The translations under genes and the position numbers were made by a program. The notes under the pieces are model-generated. The model was not told the origin of the DNA and made no database searches. It was given only the letters and a program-made list of their open reading frames with translations. DNA of 44,439 bases, taken from the NCBI GenBank assembly GCA_964424295.1, contig CAYRHZ010000001.1, positions 1 to 44,439 on the forward strand, given 5' to 3'. Positions within the stretch are counted from its first letter, which is position 1. The number at the start of each line of letters is the position of its first letter. Shown here in pieces: positions 1 to 7,434 of this stretch. Origin of the DNA: an uncultured Candidatus Saccharibacteria bacterium. Its GTDB lineage: Bacteria; Patescibacteriota; Minisyncoccia; Phycocordibacterales; DATDWN01.

Positions 1-90
1 AGATTTTGTTTGTGACCAAGCTGTACAAGTAGTACTGCGCGCGGAGAAAACAAAACCGAGAACAAAGAAATTTGCCAGTTTTTGGAAGCT

Positions 91-1044
91 TTAATAAAGT
101 TTAACACCTATTACTTCTCTCACCTCATCCATCTTCTTCTCTGCCTTAGACTTTGCTTTTCTTCCTCCTTCTTTCAGTACTTCCATCACATGTTCTATAT
201 CAGCTTCTAGTTGTTCTCGTCTTTCTCGTAATGGTTTAATGAATGCTTTTAAGTCTACAATGAGTGCATCTTTAAGTGCTTTATATTTGCCTTTGTTTGC
301 TTCGTACAAGTCTTTCAACTCTTCTTCTGTTTTAAGCAATCTATGTATTGCATAAACATTTTGCGGGATATCAGCCCCTGAATCTGTAACAATAGACATT
401 ACAGCTTTTTCAATTTCTTCGTCAGTCGCAAATAATGGAATAGTGTTTCCATAACTCTTAGACATTTTTTGACCATCTGTTCCTGGAACAACAGCAACAT
501 CATCTAAAATTTTAGGTTCTGGAAGTTTAAACACTTCTTTTTTAAATACATGATTAAACTTTTGCGCAGTGTCCCTAGTGTATTCAATATGTTGTTTTTG
601 ATCCTGACCAACTGGCACAACATCCGTGTCATACATCAAAATATCTGATGCCATCAGCATCGGATAATTAAATGTTCCAACACTTATTTCTTTATCTTTT
701 GCTTCAGCATCTTTATATGCATGTGCACGTTCCAAGAAAGGCATAGTAGTAATACTGTCAAAAATCCATGTTAGTTCTGTGTGCTCAGAAACATCAGACT
801 GCTTAAATATTACAGATTTCTGAGGGTCTAGTCCTAAAGCTAGATAGTCTAGTGCTAAATCTAGGATTCCTTGTTTCATCTCTTCCCCATTTTGTATAAA
901 GTTTAGCGCGTGATAGTCAGCTAGCATAAAATAGCACTCGTACTCATTCTGCATATCAACGAACTGCTTCATAGCACCAAAATAGTTTCCAATATGTGGT
1001 CGTCCAGTAGGTTTTACTCCAGACAGCAAGATTTTTTTAGACAT
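91..1044 (-). CDS. trpS: tryptophanyl-tRNA synthetase
   Basis: The ORF-track protein from MSKKILLSGVKPTGRPHIGNYFG carries a class I HIGH-like motif (HIGN) and KMSKS. I trimmed the track ORF (91..1173) to the internal ATG at 1044, because the upstream extension runs into a GC-rich terminator. Confidence 0.93.
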   Translation of the reverse strand: MSKKILLSGVKPTGRPHIGNYFGAMKQFVDMQNEYECYFMLADYHALNFIQNGEEMKQGILDLALDYLALGLDPQKSVIFKQSDVSEHTELTWIFDSITTMPFLERAHAYKDAEAKDKEISVGTFNYPMLMASDILMYDTDVVPVGQDQKQHIEYTRDTAQKFNHVFKKEVFKLPEPKILDDVAVVPGTDGQKMSKSYGNTIPLFATDEEIEKAVMSIVTDSGADIPQNVYAIHRLLKTEEELKDLYEANKGKYKALKDALIVDLKAFIKPLRERREQLEADIEHVMEVLKEGGRKAKSKAEKKMDEVREVIGVKLY

Positions 1045-1074
1045 GTTGGTATTGTACCAGAAAAATATTACAAG

Positions 1075-1105
1075 AAAAACCCCGCGCCACATGGACGCGG
1101 GGTTT
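1075..1105 (-). terminator. GC-rich hairpin terminator downstream of the GNAT gene
   Basis: CCCCGCG (1080-1086) pairs with CGCGGGG (1096-1102). On the minus-strand RNA the hairpin is followed by UUUUUCUUG. Confidence 0.7.
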
Positions 1106-1124
1106 CCAAAGAACACAAATGAGC

Positions 1125-1703
1125 CTACTTCAAAGAACCCGTCTTCTGGTAGTTCTCCCAGACCGGAATCCACTCCTCACGAAGAAGACCAAGCTCAATC
1201 CTGTCCCAGTACTTGCCGTGACGGAACATCGCCTGACGCTTCTTACCTTCGATCTGGTAGCCACAACGCAGGCTGTAGTTAAGACTGCGCTCGTTGAAGG
1301 CGATGACGTCGGAGTTAATCCGACGAAGGTTCAGAGTATTGAAGGCGTAGTCGAGAAGCGCCATCTTGGCATCACTCCCGAACCCCTTGCCCCAGTACTC
1401 CTTGTCACCAATGAGAGCCCCCGTGGTCGCCACCCTGTTGACCCAGTCAATCCTGTGAAGGCCCATAAGGCCGATTGCCTTGCCCTCCTTGGTCACGATG
1501 ACCAGGACGATGTTGTCCTTGTCCTTGCACAGCCCGTCCACCCAGTCTTCTTCAAACTTCTGTGTGGTAGGAACCACACTTGAGACGAACTGTCTGACTT
1601 CTGGATCGTTGATCCAGACAAGTATTTTCGGAATATCCTCCCGAGAAACTGGTCGAAGATTTGTTTTGTTGCCCAACAGGAACACAATGTTTTCGGTCGA
1701 CAT
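1125..1703 (-). CDS. GNAT family N-acetyltransferase (RimJ/RimL-like), GC-rich
   Basis: 192-aa protein with a typical GNAT core (…GLMGLHRIDWVNRVATTGALIGDKEYWGKGFGSDAKMALLDYAF…). An AGGAGG site (plus-strand cctcct at 1712-1717) lies 8 nt upstream of the ATG. Codons are visibly rich in G/C at the third position, unlike the neighbours. Confidence 0.85.
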   Translation of the reverse strand: MSTENIVFLLGNKTNLRPVSREDIPKILVWINDPEVRQFVSSVVPTTQKFEEDWVDGLCKDKDNIVLVIVTKEGKAIGLMGLHRIDWVNRVATTGALIGDKEYWGKGFGSDAKMALLDYAFNTLNLRRINSDVIAFNERSLNYSLRCGYQIEGKKRQAMFRHGKYWDRIELGLLREEWIPVWENYQKTGSLK

Positions 1704-1717
1704 GGTGAGAGCCTCCT

Positions 1718-1754
1718 AAAGAACGAAAACTGCCTCAGCGTTATGCTGAGGCAG
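1718..1754 (-). terminator. intrinsic-terminator-like hairpin directly abutting the GNAT ribosome-binding site (possible attenuator)
   Basis: 10-bp perfect stem CTGCCTCAGC (1730-1739) / GCTGAGGCAG (1745-1754). On the minus-strand RNA it is followed by UUUUCGUUCUUU, which runs straight into AGGAGG. Confidence 0.55.
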
Positions 1755-1779
1755 TTTATGGAACCCATTTAATGAAAGT

Positions 1780-1878
1780 TTAAATAAGAGATACATAGAT
1801 TGCACCAGCAGAAATAGCTTCGCAAGAAACGAAGGTATTTAGTCCCATATTTTTTTGTGCAAATCTATGATTATTCAT
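1780..1878 (-). CDS. possible 32-aa leader or small peptide (MNNHRFAQKNMGLNTFVSCEAISAGAIYVSLI)
   Basis: Hand-translated ATG..TAA ORF in AT-rich sequence just upstream of the 1730-1754 hairpin. No clear RBS. Below the ORF-track cutoff. Confidence 0.15.
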   Translation of the reverse strand: MNNHRFAQKNMGLNTFVSCEAISAGAIYVSLI

Positions 1879-1939
1879 AGTGTTTATATATTAACATGTT
1901 TAAAATTAAAGTCAAATAGTTAAAATTTTGTATATGGTT

Positions 1940-1970
1940 AATCCCGCCGCAGTTCGCCCGCGACGGGATT
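1940..1970 (-). terminator. GC-rich hairpin downstream of the 170-aa ORF
   Basis: AATCCCG (1940-1946) pairs with CGGGATT (1964-1970) around a GC-rich loop. There is no clear U-tract. Confidence 0.35.
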
Positions 1971-2003
1971 GTTTCCAAAGTACAAAACTTGCAAAGAGCG
2001 AGG

Positions 2004-2516
2004 TTACTGACCGGCCTTCTTGCCGGTCATCAGAGCGTCAGGGGTGTTGCGACCCCTTGAGGGTAGTTGTGAACGAAGTGCTGCTCTGAATACGTTTGCA
2101 CCTCGAGGCACAGTGGCTCCGCAGACCTGCTTAGTTTGAACGGCAGGCATAGGAGGTCGCACCACTTTCGGTCTCTGGTCGCCACTCAGGATTCGATCTT
2201 TCTTCCTGAGAAAGCAGACGGCCCTGCGACCGCAAAGAACCATGACGATTCCGTACCCTCGGTAGAACCTCGTGTCCCCCTTGAACCGGTCATCGAACTT
2301 CTGCTTGACGTGCGAGGCAACCGGCATGTATTCCTTCTCCGCCAAAAAGCTAGCAAAGTAGGCGTACATGTCCTTAGGTGGGCGACTATTCATGTCGCAA
2401 ATCACCCGAGTGAACTGATCCAGGGTGCCGTTTTGCTGACAGCACATCAGGATGTTCTGGTCGCACTCGCAGAGCTGTGTGAATTTAACACCCAACTCAT
2501 CTGCCATTCTCTTCAC
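2004..2516 (-). CDS. hypothetical protein, GC-rich orphan (170 aa, Cys-rich N-terminus, basic C-terminus)
   Basis: Long ORF in a GC-rich island. GTG start at 2516 with GAGGGAG immediately upstream; alternative ATG at 2507. No family recognised by eye. Confidence 0.6.
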   Translation of the reverse strand: MKRMADELGVKFTQLCECDQNILMCCQQNGTLDQFTRVICDMNSRPPKDMYAYFASFLAEKEYMPVASHVKQKFDDRFKGDTRFYRGYGIVMVLCGRRAVCFLRKKDRILSGDQRPKVVRPPMPAVQTKQVCGATVPRGANVFRAALRSQLPSRGRNTPDALMTGKKAGQ

Positions 2517-2527
2517 CGACTCCCTCT

Positions 2528-2583
2528 GTCACAGACCCTTCTGTGACTGAAAAATTGTACAATACTACCCAATTTTTGTCCAA
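2528..2583 (-). promoter_or_regulatory. promoter (TTGGAC-18-TACAAT) plus perfect palindrome at the predicted transcript start of the 170-aa ORF
   Basis: On the minus strand the -35 is TTGGAC (2578-2583) and the -10 is TACAAT (2554-2559). An inverted repeat GTCACAGA-ccct-TCTGTGAC (2528-2547) lies between the -10 and the RBS. Confidence 0.5.
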
Positions 2584-2587
2584 TATA

Positions 2588-3271
2588 CTATTTCTTTAAA
2601 TATGCTATCCAGAAATTTCTTTTATAAACTCTGTCATTCATCCTTGAATAGCTAGTTTTTTTCTCAATATGTAATACATTAAAATATTTCTGATATGTAT
2701 CTAAAAAATCCTGTTTACTCCAAACTCTCTCCGTTACTCCTAGGTCAGGCATTATGTATGTATCTTTTTCTTTTCCAGGATGATTCTTTATTAAAAATTT
2801 TGCATTTTCATCCCCCTCTAGACAAAGAGCCTTCACAAAAAAATACCCACCGTCTTTTAAAACTCTACTTGATTCACTTAAATATACTTCCCTCTCTGCT
2901 TCTGTAAGCGAGTTTGAAGAAGTAACATCCAGCAAAATATCTACCGAGGTATCATCTGCTGGAAATTTTTCTCCAATACTTTGTTTAACATATTTTATAT
3001 CGAGATTACCTTCTTTAGCATTTTGTTCTGATATTTCAATTGCTGTTTTTGAAATCTCTAAACCTACTGAATGAGCACCTAGCTCTGCAAAATAAAAACT
3101 GTTTCTCCCCGCGCCAGATCCCAAATCTAGCATGTTTGCCCCTTCAATAATCACCCCTTCTTCTTTTTTTAAAAATTTAACAAAACGAACCACATCAGAC
3201 TGTGGCTTGTTATCTTTCGTAAGTAATTTTGATTTCCTGTATTCCCTATCCCAAACTTGTTCTTGTGCCAT
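2588..3271 (-). CDS. class I SAM-dependent methyltransferase
   Basis: Motif I LDLGSGAGRNSFYFAELG and an overall Methyltransf_11/25-like layout. Its start abuts the stop of the upstream histidine kinase. Confidence 0.8.
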   Translation of the reverse strand: MAQEQVWDREYRKSKLLTKDNKPQSDVVRFVKFLKKEEGVIIEGANMLDLGSGAGRNSFYFAELGAHSVGLEISKTAIEISEQNAKEGNLDIKYVKQSIGEKFPADDTSVDILLDVTSSNSLTEAEREVYLSESSRVLKDGGYFFVKALCLEGDENAKFLIKNHPGKEKDTYIMPDLGVTERVWSKQDFLDTYQKYFNVLHIEKKTSYSRMNDRVYKRNFWIAYLKK

Positions 3272-4840
3272 TTAATTTTTTGGTAATTCCAAATAGAATG
3301 TAGATCCTTTACCAACCCCCTCCGATTCCGCCCTAACACTTCCTTTGTGCGCCTCTACTACCCCCTTAACAAAGGCCAAACCATACCCTGTAGAATTTAC
3401 GTTCATCTTTAATGACTCAGCACCTCTACCGCCAGACTTAAATAATTTTGTTTTATCTTCTGGAGAAATACCTACACCAGTATCCTTTATTGTCATAACT
3501 ACTTTATCAGAAACTATTAAACTAACTTCAATACTTCCCTCTAGTGTGTAGTTTATAGAGTTGTCTATCATATTTTTTACAACCTCAGAAAGCTGTCTTT
3601 CATCTCCCCTTATTAAATAATCTCCCTTTGAAATTTCTAAAGAAATCTTTAGTCCTTTTTTCTCTGCGTATTCTTTCTGTTTTGCAAAAACAGTTTCAAC
3701 AATTTCCCTGAAGTTAATATCTGTCATATCATAAGGTAATGTTCCGTTTTCCGCACTAGCTCCATGTAAGATACTTTGAACATAATCCACTCCCATGTTA
3801 GTCTCTTCAAGACCTTTTTGAAGTAGAGGTATTGCATCCGCTGGCATATTCCCGTAGTCATCAGTCAAAAGCTCTGCAAAAATATTTTTTGCGTTTCCAA
3901 AACGACCCTTAACCTGGTGGTTCATAAAATGAATAAGGTTAGACTGACCTAAGTTTGCTTTCTGCAAATCTTGTGCTAGTTTTTCTATGTTTTCACGAAG
4001 TGAAACCTCATTTAGCACACTTTTAATTAGGAATACTCCAATGATTAGTGTGACCAAGAACAGCAGTGAATTTATTATTTGATCTTCGAATGTTGTGGAG
4101 AAAAAGGCTCTTGCTAAAATAAAAACCCAGAGAGCAAACATTAAAACCTCTGTAACTACAACTTTCATATTAAACAAATGATGTCTTGTTATGGAGTAAG
4201 CAATTGAAGCCACCATACTAAATGAAAATAATGGTCCTAAATATATATACTTGTAATTTCCAAAAAATGGCAAAAACAAGTTAAAAACCATACCAAATAT
4301 AAAACCAACCAATGTGCCATAAATTATGAATTTCAATTGATTCTTCTCATCCAGATTGCTTGTGTATACATAAGAAGTGATCAAAGAGTAATATGCGAGA
4401 ACAACTAAAACTAGAAAATAGCCAGCGTAAATTAAATAACTGTTACTGTTAAATACAACATCCTTTCCCCAACTAGTACCAAACACCGTGTTGATTAAAA
4501 AATTTTTATCTGTAAACAATAAGCAAAGTAGTATAAACGGGAGCACAATTAACGCTTCAACTCTTTTGCTTGGAGATTTATTTAGAAAGATGTAAGAAAA
4601 GTACAGAAAAAAGGCCGGTATTCCAGCGGCAGAAATGTAGTAGAAATTTGCAAAATAAAGTGATGTAGAAAAATTAGCCTCTAGTAGAAAATATCCTAAA
4701 CCAACAGCCCACATAGAAGCAAAGAGCACAAAAATAGAATATACAATATTTGTTTTGTCTCTTTTTCCGAAAAGAACAAAAAGGCTGAGTAGGCAATTAA
4801 CTGTTGCTGTAACAAATAGTATTATAGTTTGATAATTCAT
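3272..4840 (-). CDS. multi-pass membrane sensor histidine kinase
   Basis: The hydrophobic N-terminal half has multiple predicted TM segments. It is followed by an H-containing dimerisation region (FMNHQVKGRF) and an HATPase_c-like C-terminus (…DTGVGISPEDKTKLF…GYGLAFVKGVVEAHKG…). Confidence 0.8.
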   Translation of the reverse strand: MNYQTIILFVTATVNCLLSLFVLFGKRDKTNIVYSIFVLFASMWAVGLGYFLLEANFSTSLYFANFYYISAAGIPAFFLYFSYIFLNKSPSKRVEALIVLPFILLCLLFTDKNFLINTVFGTSWGKDVVFNSNSYLIYAGYFLVLVVLAYYSLITSYVYTSNLDEKNQLKFIIYGTLVGFIFGMVFNLFLPFFGNYKYIYLGPLFSFSMVASIAYSITRHHLFNMKVVVTEVLMFALWVFILARAFFSTTFEDQIINSLLFLVTLIIGVFLIKSVLNEVSLRENIEKLAQDLQKANLGQSNLIHFMNHQVKGRFGNAKNIFAELLTDDYGNMPADAIPLLQKGLEETNMGVDYVQSILHGASAENGTLPYDMTDINFREIVETVFAKQKEYAEKKGLKISLEISKGDYLIRGDERQLSEVVKNMIDNSINYTLEGSIEVSLIVSDKVVMTIKDTGVGISPEDKTKLFKSGGRGAESLKMNVNSTGYGLAFVKGVVEAHKGSVRAESEGVGKGSTFYLELPKN

Positions 4841-4842
4841 AT

Positions 4843-5745
4843 TTACTTCTTTGCAACTACCATGGCGTGAACTTTTAAAGGTTCATAAAAAGCTTTTATA
4901 CTATTATACTCAAAACCTGCTTTATTAACTAGACCTCCTAACTCTTCGGCAGTCCTGTATATCATCGGCCAGTCAATTACGTTTGTGATAAACTTTTCTT
5001 CCGGATTATGACTAATATTTGAAGTAATTAGTACTCCGCCGGGTTGCAGTATCTTATATATTCCTTCAAAAATTTCTAGCACCTTTTCATCACTAAAATA
5101 ATCTAGTAGCCCCACTATTTCAACCAAATCATATTTTTGTGCTGCTGAATTTCTTAAAAAAGACCCAGCTGAATCTTGTACCCAATTTAACTTGATGGGC
5201 AAATGACTTATGTGAACCGACATGTCTTTACTGTACTGGATTGCGTGCTCGCTCTTGTCTAGGAAAGTAATGGATAGTTTTGTGCCTTGTAAATAATGTC
5301 CATCCTTAACCACCTCAACTATCGCCCGAGAGGAGCCAGATGCAATGCTAATAATTTCAATATCTTTATCAAATTTTGAAATTGAACTTAAATGTTTTCT
5401 AAGTTCTCTTTTTACAAATTTTAAACGATTTCTAACTGCCTTAGAATTATTTACGTTGAACCATACATACTTAAAAAACTTCCCGCCGATTTTTTTTAGT
5501 GAAAAAAGATCACCTTTACTATACAAAACCTCTAATGCTTTATGGCTTGTAACATTATCAATTACGACTGCGGCCGAATTATTTGTTTTTCTAATTAATT
5601 TTTTGAAACCCTTCGGAAGTGAGTTTAAAACTGGTATAAAAAACAAATTAAATGCTGATTTAAGTGATGAATTCGTTTCTAAATTTAAGTCTGGATCATT
5701 ATCAACATATGCACTTATTTTAATTTCGGATATTTCATTTTTCAT
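4843..5745 (-). CDS. probable class I SAM-dependent methyltransferase-like protein
   Basis: Degenerate motif I (IISIASGSSRA) and post-I/II-like segments (YDLVEIVGLLDYF, ILQPGGVLITSNI). Its stop lies 2 nt from the kinase start. Confidence 0.5.
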   Translation of the reverse strand: MKNEISEIKISAYVDNDPDLNLETNSSLKSAFNLFFIPVLNSLPKGFKKLIRKTNNSAAVVIDNVTSHKALEVLYSKGDLFSLKKIGGKFFKYVWFNVNNSKAVRNRLKFVKRELRKHLSSISKFDKDIEIISIASGSSRAIVEVVKDGHYLQGTKLSITFLDKSEHAIQYSKDMSVHISHLPIKLNWVQDSAGSFLRNSAAQKYDLVEIVGLLDYFSDEKVLEIFEGIYKILQPGGVLITSNISHNPEEKFITNVIDWPMIYRTAEELGGLVNKAGFEYNSIKAFYEPLKVHAMVVAKK

Positions 5746-5771
5746 CTTTGATACATATTATATAATAAACT

Positions 5772-6464
5772 TTAATATTTCAGAACTTCTTGTATCTTAT
5801 CTAAAACCATTTGAGAAGTATTCCTATAATCCTCTAAAACTGGCTCAAGTGCAGTAGCAATTTCATTTTCTGTTAAGGGTTTTAGAATAGTAACTGTAAC
5901 TTTTCTTTTTTTAGCAAAATAATCCATCCAACTTAAATTATAAAAAGTGTCAATAGCAACAGGCAGAACTGTTGCCCCTGTTTCATAAACCATATAACCT
6001 AACCCCCCTCGAGCCGGTGACAACTTCCCATCCTTTGTCATTTTTCCTTCTGGATATATTTGCACAGTGTGACCTTTTTCGAGTAAGTATATTTGATCTT
6101 CTAAAGATATTGAGTAGTCTTTGAAGCCCGAATGTACTGCATACCCACCAAAAAGCTGAAAGAAAGTTTGGCCATAAATATAGCTTCTCCAACCAAAAGT
6201 ATTATATTTTATAGTTGGACTTGTGATGTAGTATATTGGGAAAAATCTTGAAAAAAATGGAAACACCATATGTATAGTCATTGTATCCATTTCCCCTGTA
6301 TGGTTTGATGCTAGAATTATCGGACCCTTTAAACCCACTAAATTCTCCCTGCCTTTTATTTCCATATCAACAAAGAAACGATGTAAGGGATAGAAAACAA
6401 TATATCCAATCTTCTGCATGATAATTGGAATATAATATTTAAATCTCCTTTTTTCCATATTCAA
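5772..6464 (-). CDS. plsC: 1-acyl-sn-glycerol-3-phosphate acyltransferase family protein
   Basis: HX4D motif (NHTGEMD) and PEGK motif, both typical of PlsC-type acyltransferases. Confidence 0.8.
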   Translation of the reverse strand: MNMEKRRFKYYIPIIMQKIGYIVFYPLHRFFVDMEIKGRENLVGLKGPIILASNHTGEMDTMTIHMVFPFFSRFFPIYYITSPTIKYNTFGWRSYIYGQTFFQLFGGYAVHSGFKDYSISLEDQIYLLEKGHTVQIYPEGKMTKDGKLSPARGGLGYMVYETGATVLPVAIDTFYNLSWMDYFAKKRKVTVTILKPLTENEIATALEPVLEDYRNTSQMVLDKIQEVLKY

Positions 6465-6467
6465 TTG

Positions 6468-7400
6468 TTAGTTGTGAGAAACCAAACTAGTATTCACTTT
6501 CTCACGACACTCCACGGAACAAAATGATCTTCCATCATCCTCGCTACACTCTTCACAACAAATAAAATGCTTATTGCATCTCGGATATTTGCAATTCACA
6601 TATCTCTCAGATTTTGTTTTACACAAATCACACTCGCCAACTACCACGTGCTTGTCTCCAACACCCTTTATTTCATCAAAGTCCATCGTAATTCTTTTAT
6701 CAAAAACATACAGAGTCCCCTCAAACTCTTGTGCCGGATATTTTTCCATATATGTAACTATTCCTCCATCTAAATGATATGCGTCTTTGAAACCAAGATC
6801 TTGTAGGTAAGCTGATGCTTTTTCACAGCGCACGTCCCCTGTACAAACAGTAATCATAGGCTTGTCTGACATACTTTTTAACTGATCTAAAACATGAGGC
6901 ACATCCCTAAAATTTTGCATGTTTTCTGGAATCATTGAACCCTTGAACCTCCCCACCTTAAACTCATAGTCATTACGCAAATCAACTATATAAAAATCCT
7001 CACCAACTTTTTTAGTTTGGAACCACTCTTTCAATTCTTCAGGTTTAATAATCTTACCCTTAGATTTAACTTCGTTAAGACTTTTTCCCAACGTTACTAT
7101 TTCTTTTCTTGCTTTCACAGAAAGCTTTGGAAAAGCACTGCCTGTTCCCTGACTTCTTTTTATGTGTGTGCCTGCGAATCTCGGATCTTTGAAGTATTCC
7201 TCCAAATATTTTTCAGTATTCTCTGTAGTTCCTTCTACGGTAACGTTTATGCCCTCAGAAGCTGTGATGATTCTGCCTTTTAAACCGAGCTTTTCGCATA
7301 ACGCCCTTTGCTCATCCCTTAATTTCTCAGGATTATCTATAGGGGTGTACTTATAAAACAATAGTATTGTATGTTTGGGTAACAAATCAGCCTGTTCCAT
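6468..7400 (-). CDS. trhO: rhodanese-domain protein of the UPF0176/TrhO family with a Cys-rich C-terminus
   Basis: N-terminal ILLFYKY-type start, a central rhodanese segment with active-site Cys (TVCTGDVRCEKA), and a C-terminal CxxC cluster. Confidence 0.75.
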   Translation of the reverse strand: MEQADLLPKHTILLFYKYTPIDNPEKLRDEQRALCEKLGLKGRIITASEGINVTVEGTTENTEKYLEEYFKDPRFAGTHIKRSQGTGSAFPKLSVKARKEIVTLGKSLNEVKSKGKIIKPEELKEWFQTKKVGEDFYIVDLRNDYEFKVGRFKGSMIPENMQNFRDVPHVLDQLKSMSDKPMITVCTGDVRCEKASAYLQDLGFKDAYHLDGGIVTYMEKYPAQEFEGTLYVFDKRITMDFDEIKGVGDKHVVVGECDLCKTKSERYVNCKYPRCNKHFICCEECSEDDGRSFCSVECREKVNTSLVSHN

Positions 7401-7434
7401 GTTTATGAATTTATTTTATCACAAATAAATTAAT

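Noticed and set aside
1045-1173. N-terminal extensions of ORF-track entries. The cases are trpS 91..1173, mraZ 27548..28150, proS 34404..35927, dgkA 23681..24436, ctpA 12501..13820, rmuC 18276..19412, hpf 43913..44305, and the membrane proteins 10972..11490 and 39440..40327.
   Set aside because: In each case a canonical family N-terminus begins at an internal ATG. The upstream extension reads through promoters, terminator hairpins, GC-rich islands or a neighbouring gene. I trimmed the coordinates accordingly.
1125-2516. The GNAT plus the adjacent small protein as a GNAT-type toxin-antitoxin pair.
   Set aside because: Known GNAT toxins (TacT/AtaT type) are paired with a short RHH/DUF1778 antitoxin in a tight operon. 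Here the two genes are ~300 nt apart, including a ~170-nt AT-rich stretch, and each has its own promoter and terminator. The 170-aa protein has no RHH-like N-terminus that I can see, and the GNAT looks RimJ/RimL-like.
1043-2546. Shadow ORFs inside GC-rich islands. The track entries are 1043..1282+, 1119..1583+, 1480..1719+, 1493..1768-, 2136..2546+, 11704..11994-, 11727..11918+, 16671..17000+, 17609..17812-, 20019..20228-, 24177..24434-, 24187..24378+, 35516..35767-, 35893..36174- and 35956..36177+.
   Set aside because: High GC content suppresses stop codons in all frames. These frames lack an SD and a good start, have Arg/Ser/Pro-rich low-complexity composition, run through hairpin terminators, or are antisense to a better-supported gene or RNA.
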